This document shows, one piece after another, positions 19,244 through 29,927 of a stretch of DNA of 64,000 nt. Each line of letters starts with the position of its first letter. The stretch's first letter is position 1. The translations under genes and the position numbers were made by a program. The notes under the pieces were generated by a model. It worked only from the letters and a program-made list of their open reading frames with translations. It did not search any database and was not told where the DNA came from. The stretch is from Candidatus Limnocylindrales bacterium. Its GTDB lineage: Bacteria > Chloroflexota > Limnocylindria > Limnocylindrales > CSP1-4. Location of the stretch: contig DASXQE010000106.1 of the NCBI GenBank assembly GCA_036493155.1, positions 299 to 64,298 of the forward strand, written 5' to 3'.

Positions 19244-20395
19244 TCAGCGAATGGCGCGGGCAAGCAGCGGACCGAAGGACTCGTCATAGAGGTGGCGTTC
19301 CACGCGCGACAGGATGACCGTGTCGAACGGGCCGAGGCGGGCGAGGAGGCCGGGGTCGCTGTCGAGCCACTCTCGCGGGACCCACACCGAGTCGGCGAAG
19401 AACGCGCCCACGACGTATGGGTCGATCCGCAGGAAGCTGTCCGAGATGACCAGGGTGCGCCCCGGAACGACGTGCGGCGCATCGGTATGCATCGTAAAGA
19501 GGAATGGGCCGTGGCTGATCCCCGGTACCGGCACGATCGTGCGGGTGACCGCGACCGCGCCGCGGCGGATGTTGGGCACCTCGCGCCGGACGGGCAGGCC
19601 GACCTCCCGGGCGAGGTCCATGGTCTTGGTGAAGTGCCCCGACGGCCCGACCGCCGGATCGGCCCACGCACCGGGGTCGATGGCATCGATCAGTGGCTGG
19701 ACCGCCACCGACTCCCCCAGCGGCGTCCAGTGGGTGTCCTGGGGGAAGTACAGCCCGGCGGCCGGCGTCGCCGTCCGTGCCGCGAGGAGAGGATGCCACG
19801 CGTCGATGAGCCACGGGCGGGCTGCTGCTGCGGATTCGATCGCCGGCCGGTTGTCGGCCGTGCAGCCAAGCGCCACGTCAGCGGGCAGCTTGTCTCCGTA
19901 GATGGCGCTCTTGTCGGGCCCGACCAGGACGAAGAACCGCTGCCCGGCGGCGGCGAACCGGTCATGGAGCTTGTCGAGTGATGACACGACGGTGCCGACG
20001 TCGAGGGCGCACGGGGTCGTCATGTCGACGCTGAAGAACATCCAGTTCCCCGTGCCGCGGAGGACCCGCACCGTGCCGGTCCCGCCCGTGGCCAGCTCGA
20101 TCCGGCCGCGGGCCGCGATGGCTTGCGATCGCAGCACGAGTCGATCCGTGATGGCCGCGTCCACCGACGCATACCAGTCGGTGTCGAAGATGGACCCGAG
20201 GCTCCAGCGCTGGACCTCGGCGACCGGCCGGTTCTCGATCGGCGGCGGGGGCTTGAACCCGGCCGCGATGGCCGCCCCCGGGACGCACAGGACCAGCACG
20301 AACAGGCCCGCGACGATCCGATCGAGCCGCGCCGACCAACGCGCCAGGGCCAGGGGGGTGGCGGCGTCCTGGTGGGCGTCCTCGATCGTCGACAT
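19244..20395 (-). CDS. AlgJ/AlgX-like (SGNH/DHHW) periplasmic O-acetyltransferase partner
   Basis: Real start MSTIEDAH (20395), 3 nt after the MBOAT stop. N-terminal anchor, FPQDTHWT motif and a C-terminal ISDSF-type block. Confidence 0.6.
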   Translation of the reverse strand: MSTIEDAHQDAATPLALARWSARLDRIVAGLFVLVLCVPGAAIAAGFKPPPPIENRPVAEVQRWSLGSIFDTDWYASVDAAITDRLVLRSQAIAARGRIELATGGTGTVRVLRGTGNWMFFSVDMTTPCALDVGTVVSSLDKLHDRFAAAGQRFFVLVGPDKSAIYGDKLPADVALGCTADNRPAIESAAAARPWLIDAWHPLLAARTATPAAGLYFPQDTHWTPLGESVAVQPLIDAIDPGAWADPAVGPSGHFTKTMDLAREVGLPVRREVPNIRRGAVAVTRTIVPVPGISHGPFLFTMHTDAPHVVPGRTLVISDSFLRIDPYVVGAFFADSVWVPREWLDSDPGLLARLGPFDTVILSRVERHLYDESFGPLLARAIR

Positions 20396-20397
20396 GG

Positions 20398-21822
20398 TCA
20401 GAACTGGAAGTACAGGAACGGGCTGAAGTTGCCCGCCAGGACGAGGCCCAAGGCGACCGGCAGCACGATGACCACCATGGCATAGCGGAGGACCCACTCG
20501 GCGCGTCGCAGCGGATTCTGGATTCGGACGCCCGTGACCCATGCCGCCGGGATCAGCGCGGACGCCGCGCCGAAGACCAGGGCCGCAAGGGCCAGCGGTT
20601 CCGCGGCCAGCCTGATCGTCAGCGGCACGGCGCCCATCGGGCGCAGCAGGGCGCCGATGTAGCCAGCCGCGTAGTCGAGGGTGGGCGAGCGGAAGAGGAT
20701 CCAGCCGAACATCACGAGCCCGACCGTCACGGCCTGCCAGATCCGGGCGCGAGGCTCGGGCCCTCGGCCCACGCCGAACACTCGCTCGATCAGCAGCAGG
20801 GTCCCGTGATAGGCGCCCCACGCCACGAACGTCCAGTTGGCGCCGTGCCACAGCCCAGTGATCAGGAAGACGGTCACGAGATTCCGGCACGTGGCCAGGG
20901 CGGAGCCGCGATTGCCACCGAGCGGGATGTACAGGTAGTCCCGGAACCAGCGTGACAGCGACATATGCCAGCGCCGCCAGAACTCGGTGATCGAGCGCGA
21001 GGCATAGGGCCGCGCGAAGTTCTCGGGGAAGTGGAAGCCGAACATCAACGCCAGCCCGATGGCCATGTCCGAGTAGCCACTGAAGTCGAAATACAGCTGG
21101 ACCGTGTAGGCCACCACGCCCAGCAGCGCGGGGCCGGTGGAGAGGTCGCCGGTGGGCGTGCCGAACGCGGCATTCGCGATCGGGGCGACGGTGTCGGCGA
21201 CGATGACCTTCTTGCCGAGGCCCAGGGCGAAGCGGTACACGCCCGCGGCGAAGGCATCGAGCGTCTCCCGACGATCGAGGAACTGGTCGCGAATCTCGTG
21301 GAACCGGATGATCGGGCCCGCGATCAGCTGCGGGAAGAACGCGATGTACAGCCCGAAGTCGATGGGTGACAGGAGGTTCCGGGCCGTTCGGCGATAGACG
21401 TCGATCAGGTAGCTCAGGGCGTGGAACGTGAAGAACGAGATGCCGATCGGCAGGACAACGGGAATCCAGGGGATGCTCGGCACGCCCGCCGCACCGAGCA
21501 TGGCGTTCCAGCTGGCGACGCCGAAGTTCGAGTACTTGAACCAGGCCAGCAGCGCGACGTTGGCGAAGGCCCCAAGCGCCAGCCACCGACGGGCGACGTC
21601 GGGACGTTCGTGATCCATGGCCCGCTCGATCCGGCGGCCGATCAGGTAGTTCCCGGCGATGGAGCCGATCAGGGCGAGGACGAAGCCGCCGGCGCCCCAG
21701 GTGTAGAAGAACAGGCTCGCGAGCAGGAGCAGCCCGTTCCTGCCCACCCTCGGCAGGAGCCGGTAGAGGACGATGACGGCGGGCAGGAAGAAGAACACGA
21801 AGGTCGGCGCCGAGAAGACCAC
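20398..21822 (-). CDS. MBOAT-family membrane O-acyltransferase (AlgI/DltB-like)
   Basis: 474 aa multi-TM with the conserved MBOAT His region (LITGLWHGANWTFVAWGAYHG) and FWRRWHMSL. Confidence 0.85.
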   Translation of the reverse strand: MVFSAPTFVFFFLPAVIVLYRLLPRVGRNGLLLLASLFFYTWGAGGFVLALIGSIAGNYLIGRRIERAMDHERPDVARRWLALGAFANVALLAWFKYSNFGVASWNAMLGAAGVPSIPWIPVVLPIGISFFTFHALSYLIDVYRRTARNLLSPIDFGLYIAFFPQLIAGPIIRFHEIRDQFLDRRETLDAFAAGVYRFALGLGKKVIVADTVAPIANAAFGTPTGDLSTGPALLGVVAYTVQLYFDFSGYSDMAIGLALMFGFHFPENFARPYASRSITEFWRRWHMSLSRWFRDYLYIPLGGNRGSALATCRNLVTVFLITGLWHGANWTFVAWGAYHGTLLLIERVFGVGRGPEPRARIWQAVTVGLVMFGWILFRSPTLDYAAGYIGALLRPMGAVPLTIRLAAEPLALAALVFGAASALIPAAWVTGVRIQNPLRRAEWVLRYAMVVIVLPVALGLVLAGNFSPFLYFQF

Positions 21823-21887
21823 TGCAATCTCATCATACGGGCGGCCGCGCGCATCTCAGTCGTCTGACGACCCTGGCCGTCTGCGCC

Positions 21888-22532
21888 TCAGTGCCGCGTC
21901 CCGTCGCTCGGCCGACCCGGCTCCCTCATGCCGCGAAGGACGGGCGCCATCCGCAGCGCGGCCCGCGCGCGATGCGAGATGGCGTGCTTCTCGGCCGCGC
22001 TGTACTGGCCGAAGGTCCGGCCGCCCGGCGGCTCCGCGGATGGCTCGAAGATGGGGTCGTAGCCGAAGCCGCCGCTCCCGCGCGGCTCGGTCGCGATCCG
22101 GCCGCGCGACGTGCCGCGGCGGGTCACGATCCGGAGGCCGGCCGGCGCGCCGAGGTCGGGCACCGCGAGAGCGAGGACGCAGACATATCGCGCACCGCGC
22201 CGCTCCGCTCCCAGCCCGGCCAGCTCGCCGAGCAATTTGCGGTTGTTGTCGTCGTCCGTGGCGTGCTCGCCGGCATAGCGCCGGGTCCGGACGCCCGGCC
22301 GCCCGCCCAGGGCCTCGACCTCGATCCCCGAATCGTCCGCGAGGCTCGGCAGGCCCGTGGCCCGGGCTGCGTGGCGGGCCTTGATGCGGGCGTTGGTCTC
22401 GAACGTCTCGCCATCCTCGGTCGGCTCGCCCGCGACGCCCAGGTCGTCGAGCGAGACCAGCTCGAGGTCCGGCACGGCCAGGAGCTCGCGGAGCTCCCGG
22501 AGCTTGTGCGCCGAGTGCGTCGCGACCACCAC
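21888..22532 (-). CDS. rdgB: non-canonical purine NTP pyrophosphatase RdgB/HAM1
   Basis: VVVATHSAHKLRE…GFGYDPIF…EKHAISHRARA. GTG start at 22532. Confidence 0.85.
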   Translation of the reverse strand: MVVATHSAHKLRELRELLAVPDLELVSLDDLGVAGEPTEDGETFETNARIKARHAARATGLPSLADDSGIEVEALGGRPGVRTRRYAGEHATDDDNNRKLLGELAGLGAERRGARYVCVLALAVPDLGAPAGLRIVTRRGTSRGRIATEPRGSGGFGYDPIFEPSAEPPGGRTFGQYSAAEKHAISHRARAALRMAPVLRGMREPGRPSDGTRH

Positions 22533-22579
22533 ACGCCGGCGCGTGGATCCGGCGGCCGCCGGCTGGGACGAGCCCAAGC

Positions 22580-23317
22580 TCAGGGACGGACGGTCGCGAG
22601 GGCCGCGGCCTGGGCCTCGAACAGCTGCGCCAAGCCGACGTTCGCCAGGTCCAGCAGCGCATCGATCCGGGCGCGATCGAAGGGCGTGCCCTCGGCGGTG
22701 CCCTGCAGCTCGATGTAGGTCCCGGCGTCCGTGCCGACGACGTTCATGTCGACCGCGGCGTGGGAGTCCTCCGAGTAGTCGAGGTCCAGCATCGTCGTGC
22801 CCTCGATGACCCCGACCGAGACGGCCGCGACCTTGCCGACGAGGAACCGCTCGAGGCCATGGGTCATGAGGGCCGCGGCCAGGGCCACGTAGCCACCGGT
22901 GATCGATGCGCAGCGCGTGCCGCCGTCGGCCTGGAGGACGTCGCAGTCGAGCGTGATCGTGCGTTCTCCGATCCGGGCGAGATCGACGACGCCGCGCAGG
23001 GATCGGCCGATGAGGCGCTGGATCTCGTGCGTCCGGCCACCCAGCCGGCCCTTCACCGCCTCGCGATCGGAGCGCTCGGCGGTGGCCCGCGGGAGCATCG
23101 AGTACTCCGCGGTGACCCAACCCGTCCCCTTGCCGCGAAGGTGCGGCGGCACGCGCTCGGCGATGGTGGCGGCACACAGGACCTCGGTGTCGCCGACCCG
23201 GATGCGGCACGAGCCTTCGGCCCATTTCTGGACGCCGAGGGTGAAGGTCACGGGCCGCAGGTCCGATGGGCCGCGGCCGTCGTTGCGGGCGGTCGTGGGC
23301 GGATTGCCGATGCTCAT
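22580..23317 (-). CDS. rph: ribonuclease PH
   Basis: Full-length RNase PH ([40 protein letters not shown]). Confidence 0.9.
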   Translation of the reverse strand: MSIGNPPTTARNDGRGPSDLRPVTFTLGVQKWAEGSCRIRVGDTEVLCAATIAERVPPHLRGKGTGWVTAEYSMLPRATAERSDREAVKGRLGGRTHEIQRLIGRSLRGVVDLARIGERTITLDCDVLQADGGTRCASITGGYVALAAALMTHGLERFLVGKVAAVSVGVIEGTTMLDLDYSEDSHAAVDMNVVGTDAGTYIELQGTAEGTPFDRARIDALLDLANVGLAQLFEAQAAALATVRP

Positions 23318-24552
23318 CGCGCGGGTGCCTCCTTCGGGTCGGGATCGTTGCGGGCCTCGCGCTCGTGGACCTTGGCAGCATCCCAGAGCTCGTCGAGCGC
23401 CGCAAAGTCCAGGTCGCGCATCGCCACGCCGCGCTCGGCCACGAGCCGTTCGACGTGCCCGAAGCGGCTCCGGAACTTCCGGTTGGCCGCGCGCAGGGCA
23501 GCCTCGGACTCGATTCCCAGCCGCCGCCCGACGTTGACCATGACGAGCAGCAGGTCACCGAACTCCTCGGTCCGCTCGGCGGCGTCACGGGCTGCCGCCA
23601 GCTCGGCCAGCTCCTCGGCAACCTTGTCCAGGACGCCATCGATGTCGGGCCAGTCGTAGCCCAGGGCGGCGGCTCGCTCCTGCATCTCCTGGCTCGCCGC
23701 CAGGGCCGGCAGGCCGGCGCTGATCCCGTCCAGCGCGCCGCGCGGACCACCAGCGGGGTCCGAGTCGGCCCGCTCGCCGGCCTTGATCTGCTCCCACTGG
23801 CGCGTGACGTCGGCCGCGGTCCGGGCTTCGGCCTCGCCGAAGACGTGGGGGTGGCGGCGGACGATCTTGCGGGCGAGGTGGGCCTCGACCTCGCTCAGGT
23901 CGAAGACGCCAGCCTCGGCCGCGAGCTGGGCATGCAGCACGACCTGCAGCAGCAGGTCCCCAAGCTCGCCCGCGAGCTCCGGCGTCGCGCCTGCCTCGAG
24001 CGCGTCGTAGACCTCGTAGGCCTCCTCGAGGAGGTGCTTCCGGAGCGACTGGTGGGTCTGCTCGCGGTCCCACGGACAGCCGTCGGGCCGGCGCAGGCGG
24101 GCGCTGATCGCGGCCATCGTCCACGCGCCACCGAAGGCCAGCTCCACGGGCAGGGGCGCGACCGCGATCCCGGCGGCGAGGTCGGCCGGCTCGAGCGCGG
24201 CGACGGTCGTCGCTCCGGCCTCGGCCACGCTCGTGGCTCGGGCGTCGGCCGCGCCGTTGGCGGCGGCGCGGTTGGCCGCCCCCCCGGTGGCCTGCGCGTC
24301 GCCGCGGAGCACGAGGACCGGCTGGTCGCCCGGGTAGAGCCGCGCCAGGACGTCGAGTGGTCCGGCTTCGGGGTGGGCATGCCGGCCGGGCACGGGCGGG
24401 AGCGCCGCCTCGCCGTCGGACGGCAGGATCACGAGCAATCGCGATGGCTCGACCGGGAACCCGGCCAGGCCGTTGGCCGGAACGACCTGCACGCCCGCCC
24501 GCGGGTCGAGCGACCAGCGCCGCTGCGCCGCGCCGACGAGCCGCTCGAGCAT
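23314..24552 (-). CDS. mazG: MazG-family NTP pyrophosphohydrolase with N-terminal extension
   Basis: Tandem MazG EExxE/DxxxA motifs (EEAYEVYDA; [12 protein letters not shown]) with a ~130-aa N-terminal extension. Overlaps the rph start by 4 nt. Confidence 0.8.
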   Translation of the reverse strand: MLERLVGAAQRRWSLDPRAGVQVVPANGLAGFPVEPSRLLVILPSDGEAALPPVPGRHAHPEAGPLDVLARLYPGDQPVLVLRGDAQATGGAANRAAANGAADARATSVAEAGATTVAALEPADLAAGIAVAPLPVELAFGGAWTMAAISARLRRPDGCPWDREQTHQSLRKHLLEEAYEVYDALEAGATPELAGELGDLLLQVVLHAQLAAEAGVFDLSEVEAHLARKIVRRHPHVFGEAEARTAADVTRQWEQIKAGERADSDPAGGPRGALDGISAGLPALAASQEMQERAAALGYDWPDIDGVLDKVAEELAELAAARDAAERTEEFGDLLLVMVNVGRRLGIESEAALRAANRKFRSRFGHVERLVAERGVAMRDLDFAALDELWDAAKVHEREARNDPDPKEAPAR

Positions 24553-24560
24553 GGCCGGAG

Positions 24561-26291
24561 CTAGGCCGTGGCCGAGCCGGTCAGGGACGGGTCGCGGGTG
24601 ATGGTCGCGGCCGACTTCTTGAGGGCGTACCAGTTCGAGAAGCCCGAGTCCTTGAACGCCTGGATCTGCTTCGCGTCCGGCGTCCGGGTGGCCTCCTCGA
24701 GGACCTTGTAGAGGTACAGGCCCTCGTTCTGCACCGTGACCACGTCGGAGACCGAGCCGACGGGCGTCTCGAAGATGGCGCCCTCCTTGATGTCGCCGAG
24801 CTGGCCCTGGACCACCCAGCCGATGTCGCCGCCATCCTTGGCCTCGGCCCCGAGGCTGTTGTCACGGGCGAGCTGCGAGAAGTCGATGCCGGCGTCGGCA
24901 CGGGTCTTGAGGTCGTCCATCCAGGCCCCGTCGCCATCGCCGTAGGGATGGACGAACTGGACGACGTACCAGCCCGATTCGGTCTGGATGGGCGGCAGGA
25001 TCTCGCCGTTCTGGAGGCCCTTGGCGAAGACGGCGTCCTCGACGGCCTTGGGCATCGGGTAGGTCGTGTCGATGTAGCCGACCTTGCCGCCATTGGCCGC
25101 GGAGGTCTTGTCGTCCGACTGCGTCCGGGCGAAGGTGTCGAACTTCTCGGGATCGAGCTGCAGCTCCTTGTAGGCCGCGAGCGCATTGGCCTTGGCCGTG
25201 GCCCACGCCGGATCGTCGGCGGGGACCTTCGGCGCGCCGGCCATGTCGTGGTTCGGGGCGAACACGATCTGGCGGATCTTGATGCTGTCGGCCGAGGCCT
25301 GGCTGTCCGGCAGGAAGATCTGCAGGACGTGGCGCTGCTTGCTCGGCTGCGAGAGGTCGGCCACGACCTTGTCGCTGAGCTTGTTCTGGATGACGTCGGC
25401 CTTGACCGCGGCGCGGTAGTCGTCGAGCTTGATCGGGTAGTCGGTGATCTTCGTCTGGAAGGCCTGGTCGACGTCCTTCGCGGCGATGTCCGTGGCCCGA
25501 CCGACCCGGTAGATGCCGTCGTCGCCGAGGACGGGGTCGGTCGGCGTGTTCTGCGCGGCCGCGAAGACGGCATCCATGAAGGCCTGGTCGTAGCTGGTCT
25601 TGTCCTTGGGCAGCCAGCCGAGGTCGCCGGCCTGGGCGGCCGTGGTGTCGGTCGAGGTCGTCTTGGCGACGTCCTCCCAGGCCTTGCCGCCCTTGATCTG
25701 GTCGGCGGCGTCCTGGCACTTGGCCTTGGCCGCGGCCTTGGTGGCGTCACTGACCTGGCCGGTGTTCGGGTCGACGCCGGGCTCGCACGCGATCAGCCAG
25801 ACGTGGCGCTCCTCGTCGATCGTCGCCTCGGTCGCCAGCTCGGCATCGATGTCCGCGTCGGTGACGGGCGCGACGCCCTCCTGGGCGGCGAGCGAGGTCT
25901 GGAGCTTGATGTCGATGAGCCGCTCGAGGGCGATGCTCTGGACGTCCGTCTGGCGCTGCTGGAGGTACGACAGCTGCGACTGGGCATCGGCCTGGCTGAC
26001 GTGGCCCTGGGCCAGGAGGTCGCGGATGCGCTGCTGCGTGTAGGTGATCCGGAAGTTCTCGATGTCCTCGCGGGCGCGCAGGTCGTCGCGGGTGATGACC
26101 TGGCCGTCGACGGTGGCCGCGGTGCCCCAGTGGTCGGAGTAGTAGCTCCAGCCCGCGTAGCCGATGAGGATCACGATCGCGACGACGATGGCGAGGACGA
26201 AGCCGCCGTTGATGAGCGCGCTGCGGCGCTCGTCGGAGTCCCAGCCCGCGCGGCTCGGTCGCTTCGCGACGGGCCTGGCTCTGAACGTCAT
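24561..26291 (-). CDS. membrane-anchored PpiC/parvulin-type peptidyl-prolyl isomerase (PrsA/SurA-like)
   Basis: N-terminal TM (FVLAIVVAIVILIGYAGW), a long chaperone-like region and parvulin blocks (HVLQIF…, GGKVGYI…SGWYVVQF). Start likely MTFRARP (26291). Confidence 0.75.
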   Translation of the reverse strand: MTFRARPVAKRPSRAGWDSDERRSALINGGFVLAIVVAIVILIGYAGWSYYSDHWGTAATVDGQVITRDDLRAREDIENFRITYTQQRIRDLLAQGHVSQADAQSQLSYLQQRQTDVQSIALERLIDIKLQTSLAAQEGVAPVTDADIDAELATEATIDEERHVWLIACEPGVDPNTGQVSDATKAAAKAKCQDAADQIKGGKAWEDVAKTTSTDTTAAQAGDLGWLPKDKTSYDQAFMDAVFAAAQNTPTDPVLGDDGIYRVGRATDIAAKDVDQAFQTKITDYPIKLDDYRAAVKADVIQNKLSDKVVADLSQPSKQRHVLQIFLPDSQASADSIKIRQIVFAPNHDMAGAPKVPADDPAWATAKANALAAYKELQLDPEKFDTFARTQSDDKTSAANGGKVGYIDTTYPMPKAVEDAVFAKGLQNGEILPPIQTESGWYVVQFVHPYGDGDGAWMDDLKTRADAGIDFSQLARDNSLGAEAKDGGDIGWVVQGQLGDIKEGAIFETPVGSVSDVVTVQNEGLYLYKVLEEATRTPDAKQIQAFKDSGFSNWYALKKSAATITRDPSLTGSATA

Positions 26292-26436
26292 GGTGGTGAA
26301 ACGAAGCCTCGACGAATGGGGAGGGTCAGCCGCCCGCGATCCGCGAGTCGGGAGTCTGCGGGGCGCGCGGAATGGTACAGCACAACCACATGAGAACCGG
26401 GCGGCCGGACGGTCGCCCACGGCCTAGCATCCGCCC

Positions 26437-27279
26437 GTGGCGACGGGCGCTCGCTTCGTGGCGTATGCCGGCAACCTCGAGGACGTCCTCCTGTGGCGCG
26501 CCCTGCGCGACGTCGAGGCCGGCTTCTGGATCGACGTCGGCGCCTACGCGCCGGTCAACGGCTCCACGACCCGGGCGTTCAGCGAGCGCGGCTGGCGCGG
26601 CATCAACATCGAGCCCAATCCGGCGCTGTTCGACCGCTTCCCCGCGGCGCGGCCGCGTGACGTCAACCTCAACGTCGCCGCCGGCGCGGCCGATGGCGAG
26701 CTGACCTTCCACGTCGCCCAGCGGACGGGCCTCTCGACGCTGGATGCTGCCCAGGCCAGGCGGCTCAGCGACGATGGCATCGCCACGGTTCCGCAGGTCG
26801 TGCCCGTCCGGTCCCTGGACTCCATCTGGGAGGCGCACGTCCCACCGGACCAGCCGGTCCACTTCCTGAAGATCGACGTCGAGGGCTACGAGGCCAGCGT
26901 CGTCGCCGGCAACGACTGGGAGCGGCACCGGCCCTGGATCGCGGTCATCGAGGCGACCCGCCCGCTCACGACCGAACCGAGCCACGAGGCCTGGGAGGGC
27001 CCACTCCTGGCCGCCCGCTACGACCTCGCCCACGAGGACGGCCTCAACCGCTTCTACGTCGCCCGCGAGCACGCCGAGCTGCTGCCGGCCCTGCGGTTGC
27101 CGCCGAACGTGTTCGATGCGTTCGTGACGCACCACGAGCTGCGCGCCATCGAGCGGGCCGCTCGCCTCGAGGCCCAGGTCGCCGCGATGCGGGCGAGCGC
27201 GTCGTGGCGGCTCACGCGACCACTCCGCGCAGTGGGCCGGGTCGCCCATCGGCTGTCGCGCCGGCTGCCGCGCGGTTGA
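26437..27279 (+). CDS. FkbM-family methyltransferase
   Basis: WIDVGAYAPVNGS…FLKIDVEGYE pattern. Confidence 0.8.
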   Translation: MATGARFVAYAGNLEDVLLWRALRDVEAGFWIDVGAYAPVNGSTTRAFSERGWRGINIEPNPALFDRFPAARPRDVNLNVAAGAADGELTFHVAQRTGLSTLDAAQARRLSDDGIATVPQVVPVRSLDSIWEAHVPPDQPVHFLKIDVEGYEASVVAGNDWERHRPWIAVIEATRPLTTEPSHEAWEGPLLAARYDLAHEDGLNRFYVAREHAELLPALRLPPNVFDAFVTHHELRAIERAARLEAQVAAMRASASWRLTRPLRAVGRVAHRLSRRLPRG

Positions 27280-27287
27280 CGCGGGCC

Positions 27288-28556
27288 TCAGCCGAGGCGG
27301 GACCGCAGCTCGGTGGCGAAGGCTCGCGACACGCTCGCGGGATCGCGCCCCTCGAGCGTCGCGCTGGCAGCTGCGCGGGCCTCCGGCGTGGCCATGGCGC
27401 GCGCGTCGCGGAGCGCGTCCGCCAGGCCATCAGGCGTCTTCGGATCGTAGGTCCGGCCCGCGCCCGGTCCGAGCGCGTCGGCCAGGCCCGTCCCCGTCGG
27501 CACGATGGCGGGCAGCCCGAAGGTCTGGGCCAGCGCCAGCGCGCCGCTGTTGAGGCCCTCGAGGTACGGGAAGACTGCGACGTCGGCCGAGCGCAGGAAC
27601 ACCTGGACGTCGATCCCCGGGACCTTGCGCGGATCGACGATCACGCCGGGCGTCTGCCGGGCGCGCTCGAGGAGCGCGGCGACCCCGGGCTCGTCGGTGG
27701 CCGGCCCGGCGATCACGAGGCGACGGCCCTCGGCCCCGATCGCGGCCCAGGCAGCGAGCAGCCGGTCGAGGCCCTTGTACGGCCGGATCGCTCCGAGGGC
27801 CACGACGACCAGCTCGTCGCGCCCGAGGCGAAGGCGCTGGCGTGCCTCCCGCCGCGAGACGGTATCCGGGTAGGCGCCGGCGTAGCTCGGGTGCGAGACG
27901 TGGAACACCCGCTCGGGCGGCAGCTCGAAGTAGGGCCGGACCAGCTCCGAGGTTCGCTCGGTCAGGACGTGGATCGCGGCGGCTCGCTCGGCGATCGCGG
28001 CGCACAGCCGCGCCTCCTCGTCGCGGAACCTGGCTTCGTGGGGCAACACGTTGTGGATGGTCCAGGCGAGGCGCCCGCCGCTGGCGAGATACCGGTCGAG
28101 GCGCCGGACGAAGCGCCCGCGCTCGCTCGCGGCCAGGCTCGCCGAGGTCGCCGCGCGCAGCACCGGATGCAGCCAGTGGAGATGGAGCAGCGTCTGGGTG
28201 GCGCCCGCCTGCAGCAGCTCGAGCTCATCCAGCTGCATTTCGGCCCGAAGGCCAACGGGCACGATCCCGAGGTCCAGGGCCTGGTCGTACAGCAGCGACT
28301 GGAAGGGATTGTTCGTGACGGTCGGGTAGTAGCCGAGGACGAACGGCGTGCCGGCGTCCGGTGCCGCGACGGCGAGGCCCGCGTAGGCATCAGCCAGGAG
28401 GGACCCCTTGGCCGGCAGCTTGGGATCGGCGCGGGCGATCGCGCCGGGGGCCGGGTCCGGGCGGGCCTTCCGCGGACCTGGCGGGCGCACGGGCGCGCCG
28501 GTCACGAGGCCGCGAGCCGAGCGCAGCAGCAGCCGGAGGGCCTCCCGCCGTGGCAT
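27288..28556 (-). CDS. glycosyltransferase family 4
   Basis: GT-B fold with a C-terminal GT4 EX7E-like region (FPYLEGLNSGALALAQTFGLPAIV). ATG at 28556. Confidence 0.8.
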   Translation of the reverse strand: MPRREALRLLLRSARGLVTGAPVRPPGPRKARPDPAPGAIARADPKLPAKGSLLADAYAGLAVAAPDAGTPFVLGYYPTVTNNPFQSLLYDQALDLGIVPVGLRAEMQLDELELLQAGATQTLLHLHWLHPVLRAATSASLAASERGRFVRRLDRYLASGGRLAWTIHNVLPHEARFRDEEARLCAAIAERAAAIHVLTERTSELVRPYFELPPERVFHVSHPSYAGAYPDTVSRREARQRLRLGRDELVVVALGAIRPYKGLDRLLAAWAAIGAEGRRLVIAGPATDEPGVAALLERARQTPGVIVDPRKVPGIDVQVFLRSADVAVFPYLEGLNSGALALAQTFGLPAIVPTGTGLADALGPGAGRTYDPKTPDGLADALRDARAMATPEARAAASATLEGRDPASVSRAFATELRSRLG

Positions 28557-28560
28557 CGGC

Positions 28561-29820
28561 TCAGGATACGGTCGGGCGCGAGGGCGACGCGCCGGCGACC
28601 GCGGGTCGCACGACCTGGTCCACGAACCGGGCCGTCGCGTGGCCATCGGCGACGTCGAAGCTCCGGGCCGCGAACTGCCGGACCCGCTCGACATCGAAGG
28701 GCCCGGACCGGAGCCACGCCGCGAGCGCGGCGGTGGTCCCGAAGGCGGGGCCCGGCAGGTCCTCCGGGAAGCGCAGGTAGAAGCCTCGCTCGTCTTCGTA
28801 GGCGGCGCGGTCCGGGGTCAGGAATGCGATCGGACGGCCGAGCAGGGCAAATTCGTAGATGGCGCTCGAGTAGTCGGTGACGAGGACGTCGCTGACGAGC
28901 AGCAGCTCGTTGAGCTCCGGCCAGCCCGAGACATCGATCACGAAGCCCGCGTTCGATCCGCCCTCGCCGGGATCGGCCGGTCCGTGGCCGGCCCGGGAGC
29001 CGGCCCCGTGGGGTTCGGTTCCGGCCTCGCCGGCGCTGAGGCGCGTGGTCACGAACGGATGGGCCCGCACCAGCAGCACGTGATCAGGCGCGAGGGCGGT
29101 CCGCATGACCTCGATGTCCAGATCGAGCGGCGAGCGCGCCTCGGTGATGCGGCGGCCGCGGAAGGTCGGGGCGTAGAGCACGACCCGCTTGCCCGCAGGC
29201 AAGCGGTAGCGGGCGCGGACGCGCGCCTCGGCCGCCGCGCGCGCGACCGGATCCACCAGGACATCGGTCCGGGGGATGCCAAGTCGGGCCGTGAACCGCT
29301 CGAGGGGCTGGCGAAAGGCCTCGGCATAGAAGGGGGCAAAGCGCTCCGCAGACACGAGGCAGAGGTCGTAGTTGGCGTGAATCGGATAGGCCGCGAGGCT
29401 CGCGTCGTCGGCGCCGAAGCCCTTGTCGGCCACGCTGTAGCCGAAGCGCTTGAACGCGCCGCAGGCATGCCAGGCCTGCACGGCCCGAGTGCCGGGCCGC
29501 TTGCGGATGACCTCCAACGGGAAGAAGTAGTCGTCGACCACGACCAGGCTCGCGCGGGCGAGCTGCCAGCCGGCGGCAAGCGCGTCGCCGGCCGCGAGGA
29601 GGGCCCCGCTCAGGCCCGGCCGGACCCGATGCGCCAGCGCGACCACATCGGCGCCGGGCAGGTCGCGGTCGATGCCCGCCTGAATGGCCGCGAGATTGCC
29701 CTCCAGCCGGTCGGCATGGGCAGTCGCGAGGAGGACGCGGGGCCGGAGCGGCCAGAGCCGGCCGATCGCGAACGCGGCGCGGACCAGCGCGGCCCGCGCC
29801 GTGGTCAGGCGACGCCGCAC
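28561..29820 (-). CDS. CDP-glycerol/CDP-alditol glycerophosphotransferase (TagB/TagF family)
   Basis: Blocks QAWHACGAFKRFGYS, YAPTFRG and LVTDYSSAIYEFALLGRPIAF, characteristic of the Glyphos_transf family. Confidence 0.8.
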   Translation of the reverse strand: MRRRLTTARAALVRAAFAIGRLWPLRPRVLLATAHADRLEGNLAAIQAGIDRDLPGADVVALAHRVRPGLSGALLAAGDALAAGWQLARASLVVVDDYFFPLEVIRKRPGTRAVQAWHACGAFKRFGYSVADKGFGADDASLAAYPIHANYDLCLVSAERFAPFYAEAFRQPLERFTARLGIPRTDVLVDPVARAAAEARVRARYRLPAGKRVVLYAPTFRGRRITEARSPLDLDIEVMRTALAPDHVLLVRAHPFVTTRLSAGEAGTEPHGAGSRAGHGPADPGEGGSNAGFVIDVSGWPELNELLLVSDVLVTDYSSAIYEFALLGRPIAFLTPDRAAYEDERGFYLRFPEDLPGPAFGTTAALAAWLRSGPFDVERVRQFAARSFDVADGHATARFVDQVVRPAVAGASPSRPTVS

Positions 29821-29927
29821 GATCGAGCCATCCGGCGCGATGGTACGTGGCCGCTCCGTCGCTCCGGTGCTGATCGCTCGGCGATCCGGGTGGGACGAGC
29901 GGCCGCCGCGACCTATCCTCTGCGCCG

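Noticed and set aside
18377-19981. 534-aa plus-strand ORF
   Set aside because: Antisense to the methyltransferase and AlgJ-like genes.
21888-23750. 620-aa minus ORF
   Set aside because: Read-through artefact. Only its last 214 codons (rdgB, GTG start 22532) are real. Upstream it is out of frame relative to rph and mazG.
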